Shown here one piece after another: positions 27,231-38,682 of a DNA stretch of 64,000 nt. The stretch is taken from contig CAXGWU010000001.1 of the NCBI GenBank assembly GCA_964013565.1, positions 93,601 to 157,600 of the forward strand. Reading direction: 5' to 3'. Source of the stretch: an uncultured Oligoflexia bacterium. GTDB lineage: Bacteria > Bdellovibrionota > UBA1018 > UBA6935. The stretch's first letter is position 1. Every line of letters begins with the position of its first letter. The notes under the pieces are model-generated. The model had not been told where the DNA came from and made no database searches. It saw only the letters and a program-made list of their open reading frames with translations. The position numbers were made by a program, and so were the translations under genes.

Positions 27231-27854
27231 GTGGAGATTGGTGCATCTATGTTGAGCATCCTTGGTAAGCTAACAAAATCCCAAATTCGTTTGGGTCTGT
27301 TTTTTGGTACATTGGTAGGACTTGCGATTGTGGTCGGAATTGTCTCGTTATTTCCGTCTGCGTCTGATCAGGGCTATTACCCTGAGCAACCTATTCCCTT
27401 TAGTCATAAGTTACATGCAGGAACAAATAAGATTGACTGTAAGTACTGTCACGTGGGTGTGACTCGTTCTCATCATGCAAGTATTCCTCCGATGAATGTT
27501 TGTATGAACTGTCATCGAGTTGTGAAGACGGATAGTCCTCATATTCAGAAACTTGCGCGGGCTTATCGAGATGGGAAACCAATTGAGTGGGTTCGAATCC
27601 ATCGTCTGCCCGATCATGTTTTTTTCAATCATAGACCTCATATCTCTGCTGGAGTTTCCTGTGAAACTTGTCATGGAGATATTAAGGAAATGGACCGAAT
27701 CTATCAATCAAAACCATTGACGATGGGGTGGTGTTTGAATTGTCACAGGGGTGAAACAACTCCTGAACAGGTCCTTGAAAATCTGGGTAAAAAGCGTGGA
27801 AAAGATGGTCGAGCGGATGTAGCTCCTGTGAACTGTTCCACTTGTCATTATTAA
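27231..27854 (+). CDS. actA: alternative complex III subunit ActA (pentaheme cytochrome c)
   Basis: Five CxxCH motifs (CKYCH, CMNCH, CETCH, CLNCH, CSTCH) after an N-terminal TM anchor. First gene of the act cluster. Confidence 0.75.
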   Translation: MEIGASMLSILGKLTKSQIRLGLFFGTLVGLAIVVGIVSLFPSASDQGYYPEQPIPFSHKLHAGTNKIDCKYCHVGVTRSHHASIPPMNVCMNCHRVVKTDSPHIQKLARAYRDGKPIEWVRIHRLPDHVFFNHRPHISAGVSCETCHGDIKEMDRIYQSKPLTMGWCLNCHRGETTPEQVLENLGKKRGKDGRADVAPVNCSTCHY

Positions 27855-27887
27855 AAACAACAAAGACGCGATTAGAGAGGCAAATTC

Positions 27888-30800
27888 ATGGCTCATCAGA
27901 AAAATTCAGATCAAAAAAAGTTTGAAAAACCACGTCACTGGGTAGCTCTAGAGGAACTTTCAGAGAGTTATTGGGGTGATGGAGGGTCACAGGAAAAGAG
28001 AGGGCAAGAGTTTCTTTTTAAACCTGTGGAAACGATAGCAAATATAGACAAAATTGATTCCAAAGGAATGGCCAGACGGGATTTTTTAACTGTGATGGGC
28101 GCTTCGATGGCCATGGCTTCTTTGTCTTGCGCAAGAAGACCGGTTTCAAAAATCATTCCCTACGTTAATAAACCAGAAGAAGTAACTCCTGGGGTACCTA
28201 ATTTTTATGCTTCAACTTTTGTTGATGGAACAGCTTCAACTGGAATTTTAGTGAAGACTAGAGAAGGTCGGCCCATTAAACTCGAAGGAAATCCTGATCA
28301 CCCTACAAGTTTAGGGGCGTTAAGCGCGAAGGCTCAAGGTTCGCTTCTTGGATTGTATGACCCAGATCGATTGAGAGCACCGCAGAAGGTTCAGTCTTTT
28401 CGAACCGCTCCGATGACGTGGTCTGAAATTGATCAGACCGTTGTTTCTCGATTAAAAAGTCTTGCTGTTGGAGATGGAGGGGTCCGTTTTTTAACTGCTC
28501 CACTGGTGTCGCCGAGTGCATCTCGACTGACTCAGGATTTTTTACAGGCGTTTAAAAATGCAAAACATGTGGAGTGGGATGTCGAGTGTTTCGATGATTT
28601 AAGGCTTTCACAAAAAGACAATTATGGAACCGACTCTATTCCAAACTATCACTTTGATCGAGCAGATGTGATTGTCTCTTTTGGTGCCAACTTTATTGAT
28701 GGATGGCTTTCTCCAACTGAGTATGCAAAAGCATGGTCAAAAAATAGAAAAGTAAAAAGTGAAGATTCGGCTCAGGCAAAAATGTCAGAGACTTATGTGT
28801 TTGAGTCAACCATGACTCCAACAGGAAGTAATGCAGATCATCGTTATGCGATTGCTCCGGGGGATGAGCTGAGTGTGGCTGCTGCAGTTGCATATGAAAT
28901 TGCTCGTAAAGCTGGAGTGAGCACTTCTGCTTTTTCAGAATATAGCCCTGAAGCGGTTGCTGCAGCGGTGGATGGTTTTTTAACGGCCAAGGATATTAAA
29001 AAAGTAGCGAAAACGTTGTGGGCTGCGAGAGGACGTTCTTTGGTTGTTGGTGGATCTTTGAATGCTTCAACTAAAAACGCTCATGCACTTCAGGCGACTA
29101 TTAATTTTCTGAATTCGACGTTGGAAAATGAAGGAAAGACAGTCGATGGAACAGGTGATGTTTTTACTGTCGGTGGAAGTTCTGAAGATTATTTAAAATT
29201 AAAGAAAGAGATGGCTTCAGGGAAAGTTGATCTTTTAGTTATTTCTGGACTGAATCCGGGGTACATGGATCCGACATGGGAAGCTGCTGTTGCAAAAGTT
29301 CCTATGGTTTTGGTAGTTACTGACCGCGTTGATGAAACAGCAAAGTTAGGTCATTATGTTCTTGCTTCTCACCATGCTCTTGAGGCTTGGGGAGATGTTC
29401 AAGTTCGAAAATCAATCATGAGTTTGGTACAACCAACCATTGCTCCTTTAGGTGACACTCGTTCCTATGAAGATCTTCTTTTAAATTGGGCTTCGAAAGC
29501 AGGTTTAAGAGTAGGAACATTAACTCAATCTTATCTTTCTCAAGAAAAAGAACCGACTACTCACACTTACTTAAAGTACTTTTGGAAAAAAGAAGTTTAC
29601 CCTGAGTGGGGACATTCTGAAGGATTCGAAATTTTTTGGGAGAACACTCTTCGGAAAGGTGTTGCGAATCGAACAACAAAACAAGGAGTTCGTAAGTTTA
29701 GTTGGGGTCGAACAAAAATTCCTTCATTGAAAAAAAATTCTGCAATGAAGCTTGCCCTTTATGAAATGGCACATTATGGGGATGGGGCTCATGCAAATAA
29801 TGCTTGGCTTCAAGAACTTCCGGATCCGGTGAGTTCTATTACTTGGGATAATTTTGCAAACATTGCTCCGTCTACGGCAAAAAAGATGGGAATTCGTCAA
29901 GATGATGTCATTGAAGTGACTTCAGGTTCGCTTCGAATGGAGCTTCCGGTGAATGTCCAACCGGGGATGCATCCTCGAACGATTTCAGTGGCGACTGGTT
30001 ATGGTCGATTTGCGGCTGGACGAGTTGGAAATGGAACAGGAGTGAATGTTTATCCATTTGCTTCTTGGGATGAGGAAGTTACTTTTTCTGGACGGGAGAT
30101 TGATATTCGTAAAACAGGACGTCGGTATCAATTGGCTGCGGTTCAAGGCCACCACCGTACAGAAGGAAGACCGATCATTAATGATATTACTTTAGAAGAA
30201 TTTCAAAATAATCCAAAAGCGGAAAATCATACAGACCCTCATTTGAGGTTAAAAACAGTCCCTACCATGTGGACTCAGCACAAATATCCTGGGTATCGAT
30301 GGGGAATGGCAATTGACTTAAATTCGTGTACGGGGTGTGGAGCATGTGTTGTTGCATGTCAGGCCGAAAATAATATTCCAGTTGTTGGGAGAGATCGGGT
30401 TCGGGTAGGACGAGAGATGCATTGGATTCGTGTGGATCGATACTACGCGGGATCTGAAGATCAACCTGATGTCGTTTATCAACCCTTGATGTGTCAGCAT
30501 TGTGAGAATGCTTCTTGCGAAACGGTGTGTCCGGTACTTGCCACTGTTCATGGCAGTGAAGGTTTGAATGAGCAAGCCTATAATCGATGTGTTGGAACTC
30601 GATACTGTTCGAATAACTGTCCTTATAAAGCACGTCGGTTTAACTTCTTTGATCATTGGAAGGATTATAAAGATTCAATGAATCTTGTGTGGAATCCCGA
30701 TGTGACGGTACGTTCTCGAGGAATTATGGAAAAGTGTACTTTCTGTGTACAAAGAATTAATTCTGCTAAAGATATTGCGAAAAAAGATGGGAGACGAAAG

Positions 30801-31016
30801 TTGCGAGACGGAGAATTAAAAACCGCTTGTCAACAGACTTGCCCGACAGACGCAATTACTTTTGGAAATACCAATGATGCAAACTCAATGGTTTCTCAAC
30901 AGAAAAAAGAGAAGCATGTTTTTCATTCTCTTGAAATTTTAAATAACTTACCGCAAGTGTCTTACCTTACTAAAGTAAGAAACAAAGAAGAAGGGGCTCA
31001 TCATGGAAAGCACTGA
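27888..31016 (+). CDS. actB: alternative complex III subunit ActB (fused molybdopterin-oxidoreductase-like and Fe-S domains)
   Basis: Tat motif [17 protein letters not shown], a complex-iron-sulfur-molybdoenzyme-like large domain, and C-terminal ferredoxin motifs [39 protein letters not shown]. Confidence 0.85.
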   Translation: MAHQKNSDQKKFEKPRHWVALEELSESYWGDGGSQEKRGQEFLFKPVETIANIDKIDSKGMARRDFLTVMGASMAMASLSCARRPVSKIIPYVNKPEEVTPGVPNFYASTFVDGTASTGILVKTREGRPIKLEGNPDHPTSLGALSAKAQGSLLGLYDPDRLRAPQKVQSFRTAPMTWSEIDQTVVSRLKSLAVGDGGVRFLTAPLVSPSASRLTQDFLQAFKNAKHVEWDVECFDDLRLSQKDNYGTDSIPNYHFDRADVIVSFGANFIDGWLSPTEYAKAWSKNRKVKSEDSAQAKMSETYVFESTMTPTGSNADHRYAIAPGDELSVAAAVAYEIARKAGVSTSAFSEYSPEAVAAAVDGFLTAKDIKKVAKTLWAARGRSLVVGGSLNASTKNAHALQATINFLNSTLENEGKTVDGTGDVFTVGGSSEDYLKLKKEMASGKVDLLVISGLNPGYMDPTWEAAVAKVPMVLVVTDRVDETAKLGHYVLASHHALEAWGDVQVRKSIMSLVQPTIAPLGDTRSYEDLLLNWASKAGLRVGTLTQSYLSQEKEPTTHTYLKYFWKKEVYPEWGHSEGFEIFWENTLRKGVANRTTKQGVRKFSWGRTKIPSLKKNSAMKLALYEMAHYGDGAHANNAWLQELPDPVSSITWDNFANIAPSTAKKMGIRQDDVIEVTSGSLRMELPVNVQPGMHPRTISVATGYGRFAAGRVGNGTGVNVYPFASWDEEVTFSGREIDIRKTGRRYQLAAVQGHHRTEGRPIINDITLEEFQNNPKAENHTDPHLRLKTVPTMWTQHKYPGYRWGMAIDLNSCTGCGACVVACQAENNIPVVGRDRVRVGREMHWIRVDRYYAGSEDQPDVVYQPLMCQHCENASCETVCPVLATVHGSEGLNEQAYNRCVGTRYCSNNCPYKARRFNFFDHWKDYKDSMNLVWNPDVTVRSRGIMEKCTFCVQRINSAKDIAKKDGRRKLRDGELKTACQQTCPTDAITFGNTNDANSMVSQQKKEKHVFHSLEILNNLPQVSYLTKVRNKEEGAHHGKH

Positions 31017-32376
31017 GAGATTTCATCAGGACGTTCTTGTCACCGGTGGAAAACAGTACTCGGATTTAAATGACGATGTTGCAAAACCGTTGGAGAGTTT
31101 TCCTACGAAAAAATGGTGGGTCTGTTTTATTACAGCGGTACTTGTTTTTGCTTTTGGGGCGATGCTTGCAGCAAATATGTTTATGCAAGGACTAGGTGTT
31201 CTTGGATTAAACCAGCCTACCGGCTGGGGAACATTTATCGTAAACTTTGTTTTTTGGGTCGGTATTGGACATGCAGGAACATTGATTTCAGCAATTCTTT
31301 TTCTTTTTAGACAAAAGTGGAGAACGGCAATTAATCGTTCGGCTGAGGCAATGACAATCTTTGCGGTGATGACTGCATTGTTATTCCCTTTGATTCATAC
31401 GGGGCGACCGTGGTACGCGGCGTTTTGGTTATTGCCCTATCCCAATCAAAGAGAGTTGTGGGTGAATTTTAGGTCACCACTTTTATGGGACGTTTTTGCG
31501 GTATCCACCTATTTTACTATTTCAGCTATTTTTTGGTATGTGGGTTTGATTCCAGACTTGGCTTCCATTCGAGATCGAGCAAAGCATCCAATTCGAAAAT
31601 TAATTTATACTCTTTTGTCGATGGGATGGACGGGCTCCAATAAAAATTGGAGGCATTATGAAGTGGCTTATTTGTTATTTGCTGGACTTTCTACACCGTT
31701 GGTTCTTTCTGTGCATTCAGTCGTTTCGTTTGACTTTGCGGTTTCAAATCTTCCTGGTTGGCATACGACGATTTTTCCTCCCTACTTCGTAGCCGGAGCT
31801 ATTTTTTCTGGCTTTGCGATGGTGGTGACTTTGTTGACAATTGTTCGAGAAGTCTTTGAATTGAAAAACTATATTACTATTGACCATCTGGAGAAGATGA
31901 ACAAAATCATCATGGCGACAGGGATGTTGGTCGGTTACGCATATGCCTGTGAATTTTTCATTGCCTGGTACAGTGGTGCGGAATTTGAAAGATTTGCGTT
32001 TATTAATAGAGCTTTTGGCCCTTACTGGTGGGCTTATTGGACGATGGCGATTTGTAACGTGATTATTCCTCAGATTTTTTGGTGGAGACCTGCACGAAGA
32101 AATATTGCAATTATGTTTGTGATCTCCTTGTTTGTGAATATTGGGATGTGGTTTGAACGGTACGTCATTACCGTCACTTCACTTCATCGTGATTTTATTC
32201 CTGGAAATTGGAATATGTATATTCCAACTTGGTATGACTGGGGAATCACCCTTGGAAGTTTTGGTTGGTTCTTTATTTTCTTCTTACTTTTTTGTCGATT
32301 ATTACCAGCGTTGGCAATGTCTGAAATTAAAGGCGTGATGCCAAGTCCAAAGGGAGGAGCCGCTCATGTCGAGTAA
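31003..32376 (+). CDS. actC: alternative complex III subunit ActC (NrfD/PsrC-like membrane quinol-interacting subunit)
   Basis: Polytopic NrfD-like membrane protein immediately after actB (14-nt overlap). Confidence 0.8.
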   Translation: MESTERFHQDVLVTGGKQYSDLNDDVAKPLESFPTKKWWVCFITAVLVFAFGAMLAANMFMQGLGVLGLNQPTGWGTFIVNFVFWVGIGHAGTLISAILFLFRQKWRTAINRSAEAMTIFAVMTALLFPLIHTGRPWYAAFWLLPYPNQRELWVNFRSPLLWDVFAVSTYFTISAIFWYVGLIPDLASIRDRAKHPIRKLIYTLLSMGWTGSNKNWRHYEVAYLLFAGLSTPLVLSVHSVVSFDFAVSNLPGWHTTIFPPYFVAGAIFSGFAMVVTLLTIVREVFELKNYITIDHLEKMNKIIMATGMLVGYAYACEFFIAWYSGAEFERFAFINRAFGPYWWAYWTMAICNVIIPQIFWWRPARRNIAIMFVISLFVNIGMWFERYVITVTSLHRDFIPGNWNMYIPTWYDWGITLGSFGWFFIFFLLFCRLLPALAMSEIKGVMPSPKGGAAHVE

Positions 32377-32929
32377 TGCTCAAATATTAGAGGGAGTTGT
32401 TGGATTTTTTGATGATCCTGAAACAACTCTAGAGGCGATGAAAAAAGTGACGGAGGCAAATTATGAATCTTATGATTCTTATACTCCGTATCCAATTCAT
32501 GGAATGGACGATGCGATGGGACTGAAAAGGTCTCCTCTTCCTTGGATTACTTTAGCGGCGGGTATTGCTGGAGTGTCCTTGGCTTTTGCGCTTCAGTATT
32601 GGACTTCTGTCGTTGATTGGCCTGTGAATGTAGGAGGAAAGCCTTTTAATTCTTGGCCGGCATTTGTTCCAGTGATGTTTGAGTTAACGATTTTGTTTTC
32701 TGGGATTTTTACGTTACTTGGACTTTTAGGGCTGTGTCGACTTCCAAATACTGGAAGGAAAGTCATTGATCCTTCGATTACTCGAGATCGATTTGCAATT
32801 ATGATCGATTTACCTAAAAAAGTAAGAAATTCTTCTTGTAAGCCATTTGAGGAGAGTGAAGTCACTCAATTCTTACAGTCTTTGGGAGCCAAGGATGTCC
32901 GAAAAGTTTATGAAGAAGGGTGGTTCTAA
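32366..32929 (+). CDS. actD: alternative complex III subunit ActD
   Basis: 187-aa protein with a central TM pair, in the conserved position between actC and actE. Confidence 0.6.
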   Translation: MSSNAQILEGVVGFFDDPETTLEAMKKVTEANYESYDSYTPYPIHGMDDAMGLKRSPLPWITLAAGIAGVSLAFALQYWTSVVDWPVNVGGKPFNSWPAFVPVMFELTILFSGIFTLLGLLGLCRLPNTGRKVIDPSITRDRFAIMIDLPKKVRNSSCKPFEESEVTQFLQSLGAKDVRKVYEEGWF

Positions 32930-33499
32930 GTGAAGGTTTTTTTCAAGAAATCACTTTTAGTGGCAGTCATGTTAGGAGGGTTGACCTCTTGTCGGCACGA
33001 TAAACCGAATATGACCTACATGCCAGATATGCATTACAGTCCTGCAGTCAAAGCTCAAGAGCAGACTCGGTGGAATTCAAAAACCCGGGTTCCTGTAGAA
33101 GGAACAATACCGAGAGGATATCATCCTTATCGGTACTCTGGTCAGCCAGAAAAAGCAGGTCAAATGTTAAAGAACCCACTTCGAAGGACAAAGACGGTCC
33201 TCAATCATGGGCGGGATTTATTTAATACCTACTGTATTGTCTGTCATGGGAAGTTTGGAGAGGGAGATGGTTACATTATTCCTAAGTATCCACGTCCACC
33301 AAGTTTACAGTCAGATAAAATTAGAAACTACCCTGATGGGAGAATTTATCACATCATTACAGAGGGTCAGAATTTAATGCCAAGTTATGCTTCTCAAATT
33401 TTACAAGAAGATCGATGGGCAATTATTCATTATATCCGAGTGCTACAACGAGCAAAAAAGCCAACCGCTTCGGATTTAAAGAAATTGGAGAATTGGTAA
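32930..33499 (+). CDS. actE: alternative complex III subunit ActE (monoheme cytochrome c lipoprotein)
   Basis: Lipobox-like LTSC. Single CIVCHG heme motif. Confidence 0.7.
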   Translation: MKVFFKKSLLVAVMLGGLTSCRHDKPNMTYMPDMHYSPAVKAQEQTRWNSKTRVPVEGTIPRGYHPYRYSGQPEKAGQMLKNPLRRTKTVLNHGRDLFNTYCIVCHGKFGEGDGYIIPKYPRPPSLQSDKIRNYPDGRIYHIITEGQNLMPSYASQILQEDRWAIIHYIRVLQRAKKPTASDLKKLENW

Positions 33500-33500
33500 G

Positions 33501-34709
33501 ATGAGTGCACATTCACACGTTGAAAAAGAGTTAGTGAATCCTGGAAGTTTTCATGCATCGGGACGGCTCAAAGGAGTTTTATTTTTGTGTGCCTTAGTTG
33601 GCTTAGCGGCAACTGCGGGAGCTTTTTTTACAGATACACACAGAGCCTGGCCAAGTTTTTTAATAAATCACTTTTATTTTCTTTGTTTAGGTTTAGGTGG
33701 GCTCTTCTTTGCAGCGATCCAGTGGTTGACAGGAGCGATGTGGAGTGCACCAGTGCGTAGAGTCAGTGAGTCTTTTACAGCTTATCTGCCTGTAGCCGTC
33801 TTAACGACAGTTGTTATTTTTATTGGAATGCACGACCTGTTTCATTGGACGCATCCTGAGGTGGTAAAAGGAGATATTGTTTTAGAAGGGAAAGCTCCTT
33901 ATCTCAATGAAGCTTTTTTTATCGTAAGAAACTGTGTCTTTCTTTTGGCCTGGTTGTTTTTTTCTCATAAAATGATTGGGAATAGTTTAGCTCAAGATCA
34001 AGATCCCGGGAATTATCGATTTAATTTAAAAAATAGAGTGTTAGCGCCTATTTTTCTTGTGGTATTTGGTTTTGGTTTCACTTTTACTTCGTTTGATCAG
34101 CTCATGTCTCTTGACCCTCATTGGTTTAGTACAATGTTTGGAGTTTATGCTTTTGCGGGGCTTTTTTATTCAAATCTTGCGATCACTTGTCTTTTAACTA
34201 TTTATTTGAGAAGAAAAGGACATCTTAAAGAATTTGTAAATGAAAACCATTTACATGACCTAGGGAAATTTATGTTCGCTTTTACAGTATTTTGGGCTTA
34301 CATCGGATTTTCTCAGTTTATGTTGATATGGTACGCAAACCTTCCTGAAGAAACAGGATACTTTTTAAGAAGAATGGATGATGCGTGGATGGGGTTCTCC
34401 CTGGTTTTGTTCTTCGGAAAATTTATTCTTCCATTCTTTTGGTTGCTTCCACGAGCAGCGAAGCGATCAGAATCAAGATTGATGATCGCTGGAATTTTTA
34501 TGTTGATTGCTCAGTGGGTTGATTTGGCTTGGCTTGTTCAGCCTGAGTTTTTTAAAGATGGCCCTCATATTGGATGGATTGAGATTGGTATGTTTGTTGG
34601 ATTCGCAGGTGTTTTTGGGCTGACTGTTTTACGGTTCTTGTCTAAAAATAACGTGGTAGCGATTGGTGATCCACGGTTACAGGAATCCGTTTTTCATCAT
34701 CATCAATAA
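33501..34709 (+). CDS. actF: alternative complex III subunit ActF (NrfD-like membrane subunit)
   Basis: Polytopic membrane protein paralogous in topology to ActC. Last gene of the cluster. Confidence 0.7.
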   Translation: MSAHSHVEKELVNPGSFHASGRLKGVLFLCALVGLAATAGAFFTDTHRAWPSFLINHFYFLCLGLGGLFFAAIQWLTGAMWSAPVRRVSESFTAYLPVAVLTTVVIFIGMHDLFHWTHPEVVKGDIVLEGKAPYLNEAFFIVRNCVFLLAWLFFSHKMIGNSLAQDQDPGNYRFNLKNRVLAPIFLVVFGFGFTFTSFDQLMSLDPHWFSTMFGVYAFAGLFYSNLAITCLLTIYLRRKGHLKEFVNENHLHDLGKFMFAFTVFWAYIGFSQFMLIWYANLPEETGYFLRRMDDAWMGFSLVLFFGKFILPFFWLLPRAAKRSESRLMIAGIFMLIAQWVDLAWLVQPEFFKDGPHIGWIEIGMFVGFAGVFGLTVLRFLSKNNVVAIGDPRLQESVFHHHQ

Positions 34710-34736
34710 GATAAAAGGGTAAAAGAATTAAAAAAA

Positions 34737-34768
34737 GCGAAGAAGATTTTCATCTCTTCGCTTTTTTT
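34737..34768. terminator. bidirectional intrinsic terminator between convergent actF and the 34767-35621 gene
   Basis: GCGAAGA / TCTTCGC 7-bp stem (34737-34743 / 34755-34761) with an 11-nt loop, preceded by an A-run and followed by TTTTTTT. Confidence 0.6.
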
Positions 34769-35621
34769 ATAGAGTCCTGTTTCTTTTTTCTACTAATTTA
34801 AAATGCAAACTGTAGTTTTGAAGTGAGAGACCGTAAGATCCTGAATTTGCAATATATCCTTCTTTGTAGCGAATGCCACCTAAGTTTTTATGGACTTCTG
34901 GATTGAGTTTGTGTCTTAAAACACTGTGCCATTCTCCATTTTGATCTACAATTGCACCGGTCTGACTTTCTTCATTATAATAAGTTCCTTCAATTTTAGG
35001 CCCTCGATAAAAGAGAATGCTTGCTCGAGCACCAATACCGACGCGAGAATGAATTTCAATCAAGGGTCTAGCGTTAAAAGTTTCTTTCATTTTTTTGTAT
35101 TGTTCTTGAATTTGTTGAGAGAAGTTTTCGACGGCGGGTTGATTGGCGAGTACCTCACTAAGATTTTTTTCTAGTGCTTCATCGTATCCACTTGAGTAAA
35201 AAAAATGTTCTAAGAGAAGTTGAATTCTTGTAGAAGAAGTCTCAAAGGAGTGTTTGATCACTTCAAAAAGAACTGGTTTTTGAATGTCTTTTGGCCATTT
35301 TAATAGTTTGGATACAAAATCAGAGGTTGTAGTTCTGTTCTGAAACTCATAGAGATCAACAGAACGAATAACAAATGGAATTAATTCTTCACTTGGTAAG
35401 CTGAGTGAAGCTTCTCCAATTTTTTCTAAATAGTTTGAAAAATAAGAAAGATCATTAATTGAAGCGTCATGAGCTCTTGCTAAGTTCAGTCTTATGTCAC
35501 CGAGAAGTTTTTGTTTGATTCCTTTTAGGCCTGAGAATTGATAACGGCAAGTAATGGGTTTCGGTGGCTGAGCGTATGAATATAAAGAGAAAAGAGAAAT
35601 AAATAGAAGAAGCAGTTTCAT
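34767..35621 (-). CDS. hypothetical secreted protein
   Basis: Signal peptide MKLLLLFISLFSLYSYA. No recognisable motif. 4-nt overlap with the upstream gene. Confidence 0.5.
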   Translation of the reverse strand: MKLLLLFISLFSLYSYAQPPKPITCRYQFSGLKGIKQKLLGDIRLNLARAHDASINDLSYFSNYLEKIGEASLSLPSEELIPFVIRSVDLYEFQNRTTTSDFVSKLLKWPKDIQKPVLFEVIKHSFETSSTRIQLLLEHFFYSSGYDEALEKNLSEVLANQPAVENFSQQIQEQYKKMKETFNARPLIEIHSRVGIGARASILFYRGPKIEGTYYNEESQTGAIVDQNGEWHSVLRHKLNPEVHKNLGGIRYKEGYIANSGSYGLSLQNYSLHFKLVEKRNRTL

Positions 35622-36532
35622 CGTTTTTTACCCTTTTTGTCGTAAAATTCAGACTCACAGTGACCTAAAAGTCCACGGTGGAGTCGTTGAAATCCATTGA
35701 GTGAAGCACGGGTTGTTTTTCTAGGGAAAAAGAGGCGAACTCCTGTTTGATCAAGAGATGAAAAAATGGAAAGAACTTTGTTTTCTGTAGATGGTGAGAG
35801 ACTTGCTTGAAAAAGAACGCGTTCTCGTTGATTGATATAAATTTCAATAAGGTTTTCAGCAATGAATTGCTTTTTTTTCATTTGTTCTGAAGCTTTTTGT
35901 TCTGTCCTTATTTTTTCTAAAATAGAGACTTGTCTTCGAAGGATTTCAGCAATTTTCAAATGAAAATCTTCGACAGGACGGAGTTTGAATTCTGAAGTCA
36001 ACTCATATCCATGTTGAAGGAGTATAAGGGTATCATTAAAATAGCGAATAAAGCGACGACCATCATCTTTCAGAGCTTCTCGCTCAAGATGATTTAAGTA
36101 GGAGGGATCGCTAATGGGGAGGCGATTTCGTAAAGTGAGTCGACGGAGATAGTTTTTTCTTTGGATGACCTCTTCTTGAAGCGTTTCTTTTACCATTGAA
36201 GAAAAAGAGGGGGAGTAATCATGAATCGCATTAAGCGCAGTGATTGCTTGATTTTGTTTTCTGTGTTCAAATGCATTCATTATTTCATTTCCCATTTGAT
36301 AGAGAAGAAGAACTAATTTGTCTTTTCTTGTTTCACGGCGAATTTTTGGATCTAAAAAAAGCTCTGTAAATTCTTTAGATTTTAAGGACAATGCAATCGG
36401 ATGATTTGTGAGGACAGCGTAGACTTTTTCTTGCCATTGAATTTCGTATTCGATTTCAGGATGGGTTGAGTGTGCATGTAAGGGGAGGAGAGAGACGATG
36501 ATACCGGTAAAAAAGAGTGTTATCGTTTTCAT
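35618..36532 (-). CDS. hypothetical secreted protein
   Basis: Signal peptide MKTITLFFTGIIVSLLPLHA. No recognisable motif. Confidence 0.5.
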   Translation of the reverse strand: MKTITLFFTGIIVSLLPLHAHSTHPEIEYEIQWQEKVYAVLTNHPIALSLKSKEFTELFLDPKIRRETRKDKLVLLLYQMGNEIMNAFEHRKQNQAITALNAIHDYSPSFSSMVKETLQEEVIQRKNYLRRLTLRNRLPISDPSYLNHLEREALKDDGRRFIRYFNDTLILLQHGYELTSEFKLRPVEDFHLKIAEILRRQVSILEKIRTEQKASEQMKKKQFIAENLIEIYINQRERVLFQASLSPSTENKVLSIFSSLDQTGVRLFFPRKTTRASLNGFQRLHRGLLGHCESEFYDKKGKKR

Positions 36533-36710
36533 ACCCTAGTGGATAACACGTCTACTTCATTGATTCGAAGCAAAAAATGCTTAGCGTTATATTTTTCAGG
36601 TATTTTTGAATTCTGCAAGTAACTTATTGATTTTTAAGATTATTTGCAAAATATAACTCAATGAGTTAAAGAAAGGGCTGGGAATTTTAGGTGTGAATTG
36701 AGGAGTTTTT

Positions 36711-38612
36711 GTGAGATTTTACGCTTCGTTTTTGACCCTTCTTTTTCTGAACCTGAATTTAGCAAATGCTGCAAATTCTCAATCTTTCGATCTTTCTTGT
36801 GACGATTCAAATAAAGTTTTAGCTTATTCTTATGCAAAACATGTGAGAGATCGAGACGATCTTTGGGTTCTTCCAAGAGATTTAAAGAGAGCAGGGCTTC
36901 ATATCATTCAACGTGCTGATCCTCACCGAATTATTTGGTCACAAGCTGATGTTGATCACTTAATGAAAAGTCTTTCTTTTCAGGAATTTGAAAGTGAAGA
37001 GCATTGTCAATATAGGAATAAGTGGCTCTTCAACGTTCTTGAGATAAGGAAACTATGGGTAGTTACTCCGGAGTGGCTTGAAAATCATAAAGCAATTCTG
37101 ACATCAAATACGCCTTTTGAATTTATGGTCGATGAGGTTGAGGTTTCAAAAGAGCGTCCTTATGTTGCTTCAACTGACCTTTTAGAGAAGAGAAGACTTT
37201 GGATCCTGAGAAAAACTTATCGGGAACGATTAGCGAGCAAAAAGAATCCAAAAAAAGCGTGGGAGTCTCTGGTTCAATTAATTACTAATTATGCGGATCT
37301 GGATTTAGGAGATCCTGAGAAAGTCTGGTTAGATGCATTGCTCGCAGAGCTTGGTCCTCATACGAACTATTTTCCACCAGCTCAACAGAAAGCGTTTTCT
37401 GAGAGTACTTCAGCAACGATTGGAGGTGTTGGTGCCTTATTAACGCTGGATCACGGAAAAGTAAAAGTAAAAGAAACAACGGAAGGTTCATCATCAGCTG
37501 CTGAGGGAGGCTTGGTTTCCGGGGATCAAATTCTGGCTGTTGATCAAGTGAAAGTACAAAAGAAGTCATTAGTTGAAGTAGTCGCTATGATTAAAGGAGA
37601 GGTGGGAACGACCGTTGCTTTAAGTATTTTACGGCGTAGCAAAAAACTTGAAGTGAATTTGGTTCGTCAGAAAGTAGATACCTCCTCTTCAGAATACAGT
37701 GTTCGTTTTATTCAAGAGGAAGGGAAAAATTTAGCATGGATTTCTATTCATTCTTTTTTTGGAAATAGAATGAGAGGAGTGTCTAAATTGGTTCGAGAAG
37801 AGTTACAAAAAATTCAGGAGTCTCATAAGATTGATGGTGTGGTTTTTGATTTAAGGGGAAACCCTGGAGGCCTCTTACTTGAGGCAGATTTGTTGCTTGA
37901 TCAGTTTATTTCTACTGGAGTATTGACCGTTTTAAAGTCACGAAGTGTTGATCCTATTACTTTGAAAAAAAGTTGGCGATACGAACCTTATATCTCTGGA
38001 GATCAGGGTGCGATTTTATTTGATTTTCCAGTGGTAGTTTTGGTGAATCGATTAAGTGCAAGTGCTTCAGAAATTTTAGCCGGTGGACTTCAGGCGTATC
38101 GAAGAGCAATTGTAGTGAGTACTGATTCTCAAACTTTTGGAAAAGGAAGTGCCCAGGTCATTGAAAATGTGGGGAATGTTCCAGGTTCATTAAAGTTTAC
38201 TTCGTCGTATTATTATCTTCCAAATGGAATGAGCCCTCAAAATGTTGGAGTGGTTCCTGATGTTTTATTGGAAACTGATTCAGAAGTTCAAAAACGGAAA
38301 GAAAACTATGATGAGATGTTTTCTAAAAGAATATATAAAAAACTAAAAAGCCCAGAACGCATAAATGTATTTGTAAATGAAAACAACGAATATATGAATG
38401 GAGAGGATTGGGGGCTTTTAAAAAATCAATTGAAGCAACGAATGAGTCAACGACTCCAATTAGATGAATCTCAGTCTCATGACCATGGATTGAAGTTTTC
38501 TTCAGTGCCTGGAGTAGCTGAAGCAAGAGCGTTAGAGGTTTTATTAGACTGGGTTTCTGTTGATTCTCAAAAGAATGTCACTCGTGAATTAAAATCAGTT
38601 TGGTCTCCGTAA
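36711..38612 (+). CDS. S41 family C-terminal processing peptidase (Ctp/Prc-like) with a PDZ domain
   Basis: Signal peptide. PDZ-like GDQILAVDQVKV. GVVFDLRGNPGGLL. Catalytic region NRLSASASEILAG and TFGKGSAQV (Ser/Lys dyad motifs). Confidence 0.8.
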   Translation: MRFYASFLTLLFLNLNLANAANSQSFDLSCDDSNKVLAYSYAKHVRDRDDLWVLPRDLKRAGLHIIQRADPHRIIWSQADVDHLMKSLSFQEFESEEHCQYRNKWLFNVLEIRKLWVVTPEWLENHKAILTSNTPFEFMVDEVEVSKERPYVASTDLLEKRRLWILRKTYRERLASKKNPKKAWESLVQLITNYADLDLGDPEKVWLDALLAELGPHTNYFPPAQQKAFSESTSATIGGVGALLTLDHGKVKVKETTEGSSSAAEGGLVSGDQILAVDQVKVQKKSLVEVVAMIKGEVGTTVALSILRRSKKLEVNLVRQKVDTSSSEYSVRFIQEEGKNLAWISIHSFFGNRMRGVSKLVREELQKIQESHKIDGVVFDLRGNPGGLLLEADLLLDQFISTGVLTVLKSRSVDPITLKKSWRYEPYISGDQGAILFDFPVVVLVNRLSASASEILAGGLQAYRRAIVVSTDSQTFGKGSAQVIENVGNVPGSLKFTSSYYYLPNGMSPQNVGVVPDVLLETDSEVQKRKENYDEMFSKRIYKKLKSPERINVFVNENNEYMNGEDWGLLKNQLKQRMSQRLQLDESQSHDHGLKFSSVPGVAEARALEVLLDWVSVDSQKNVTRELKSVWSP

Positions 38613-38682
38613 GTTTATCATTCAACCGGGATCTATTTTGTTGTGAGAAAGAATATTCTCATAAAAAGCCGGAGTTTTTTAT

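Noticed and set aside
27589-27600. GGGTTCGAATCC, a near-perfect tRNA T-arm/T-loop consensus
   Set aside because: It lies in frame inside the actA coding sequence (…EWVRIH…). No acceptor, D or anticodon arm complementarity is evident around it. Judged coincidental.
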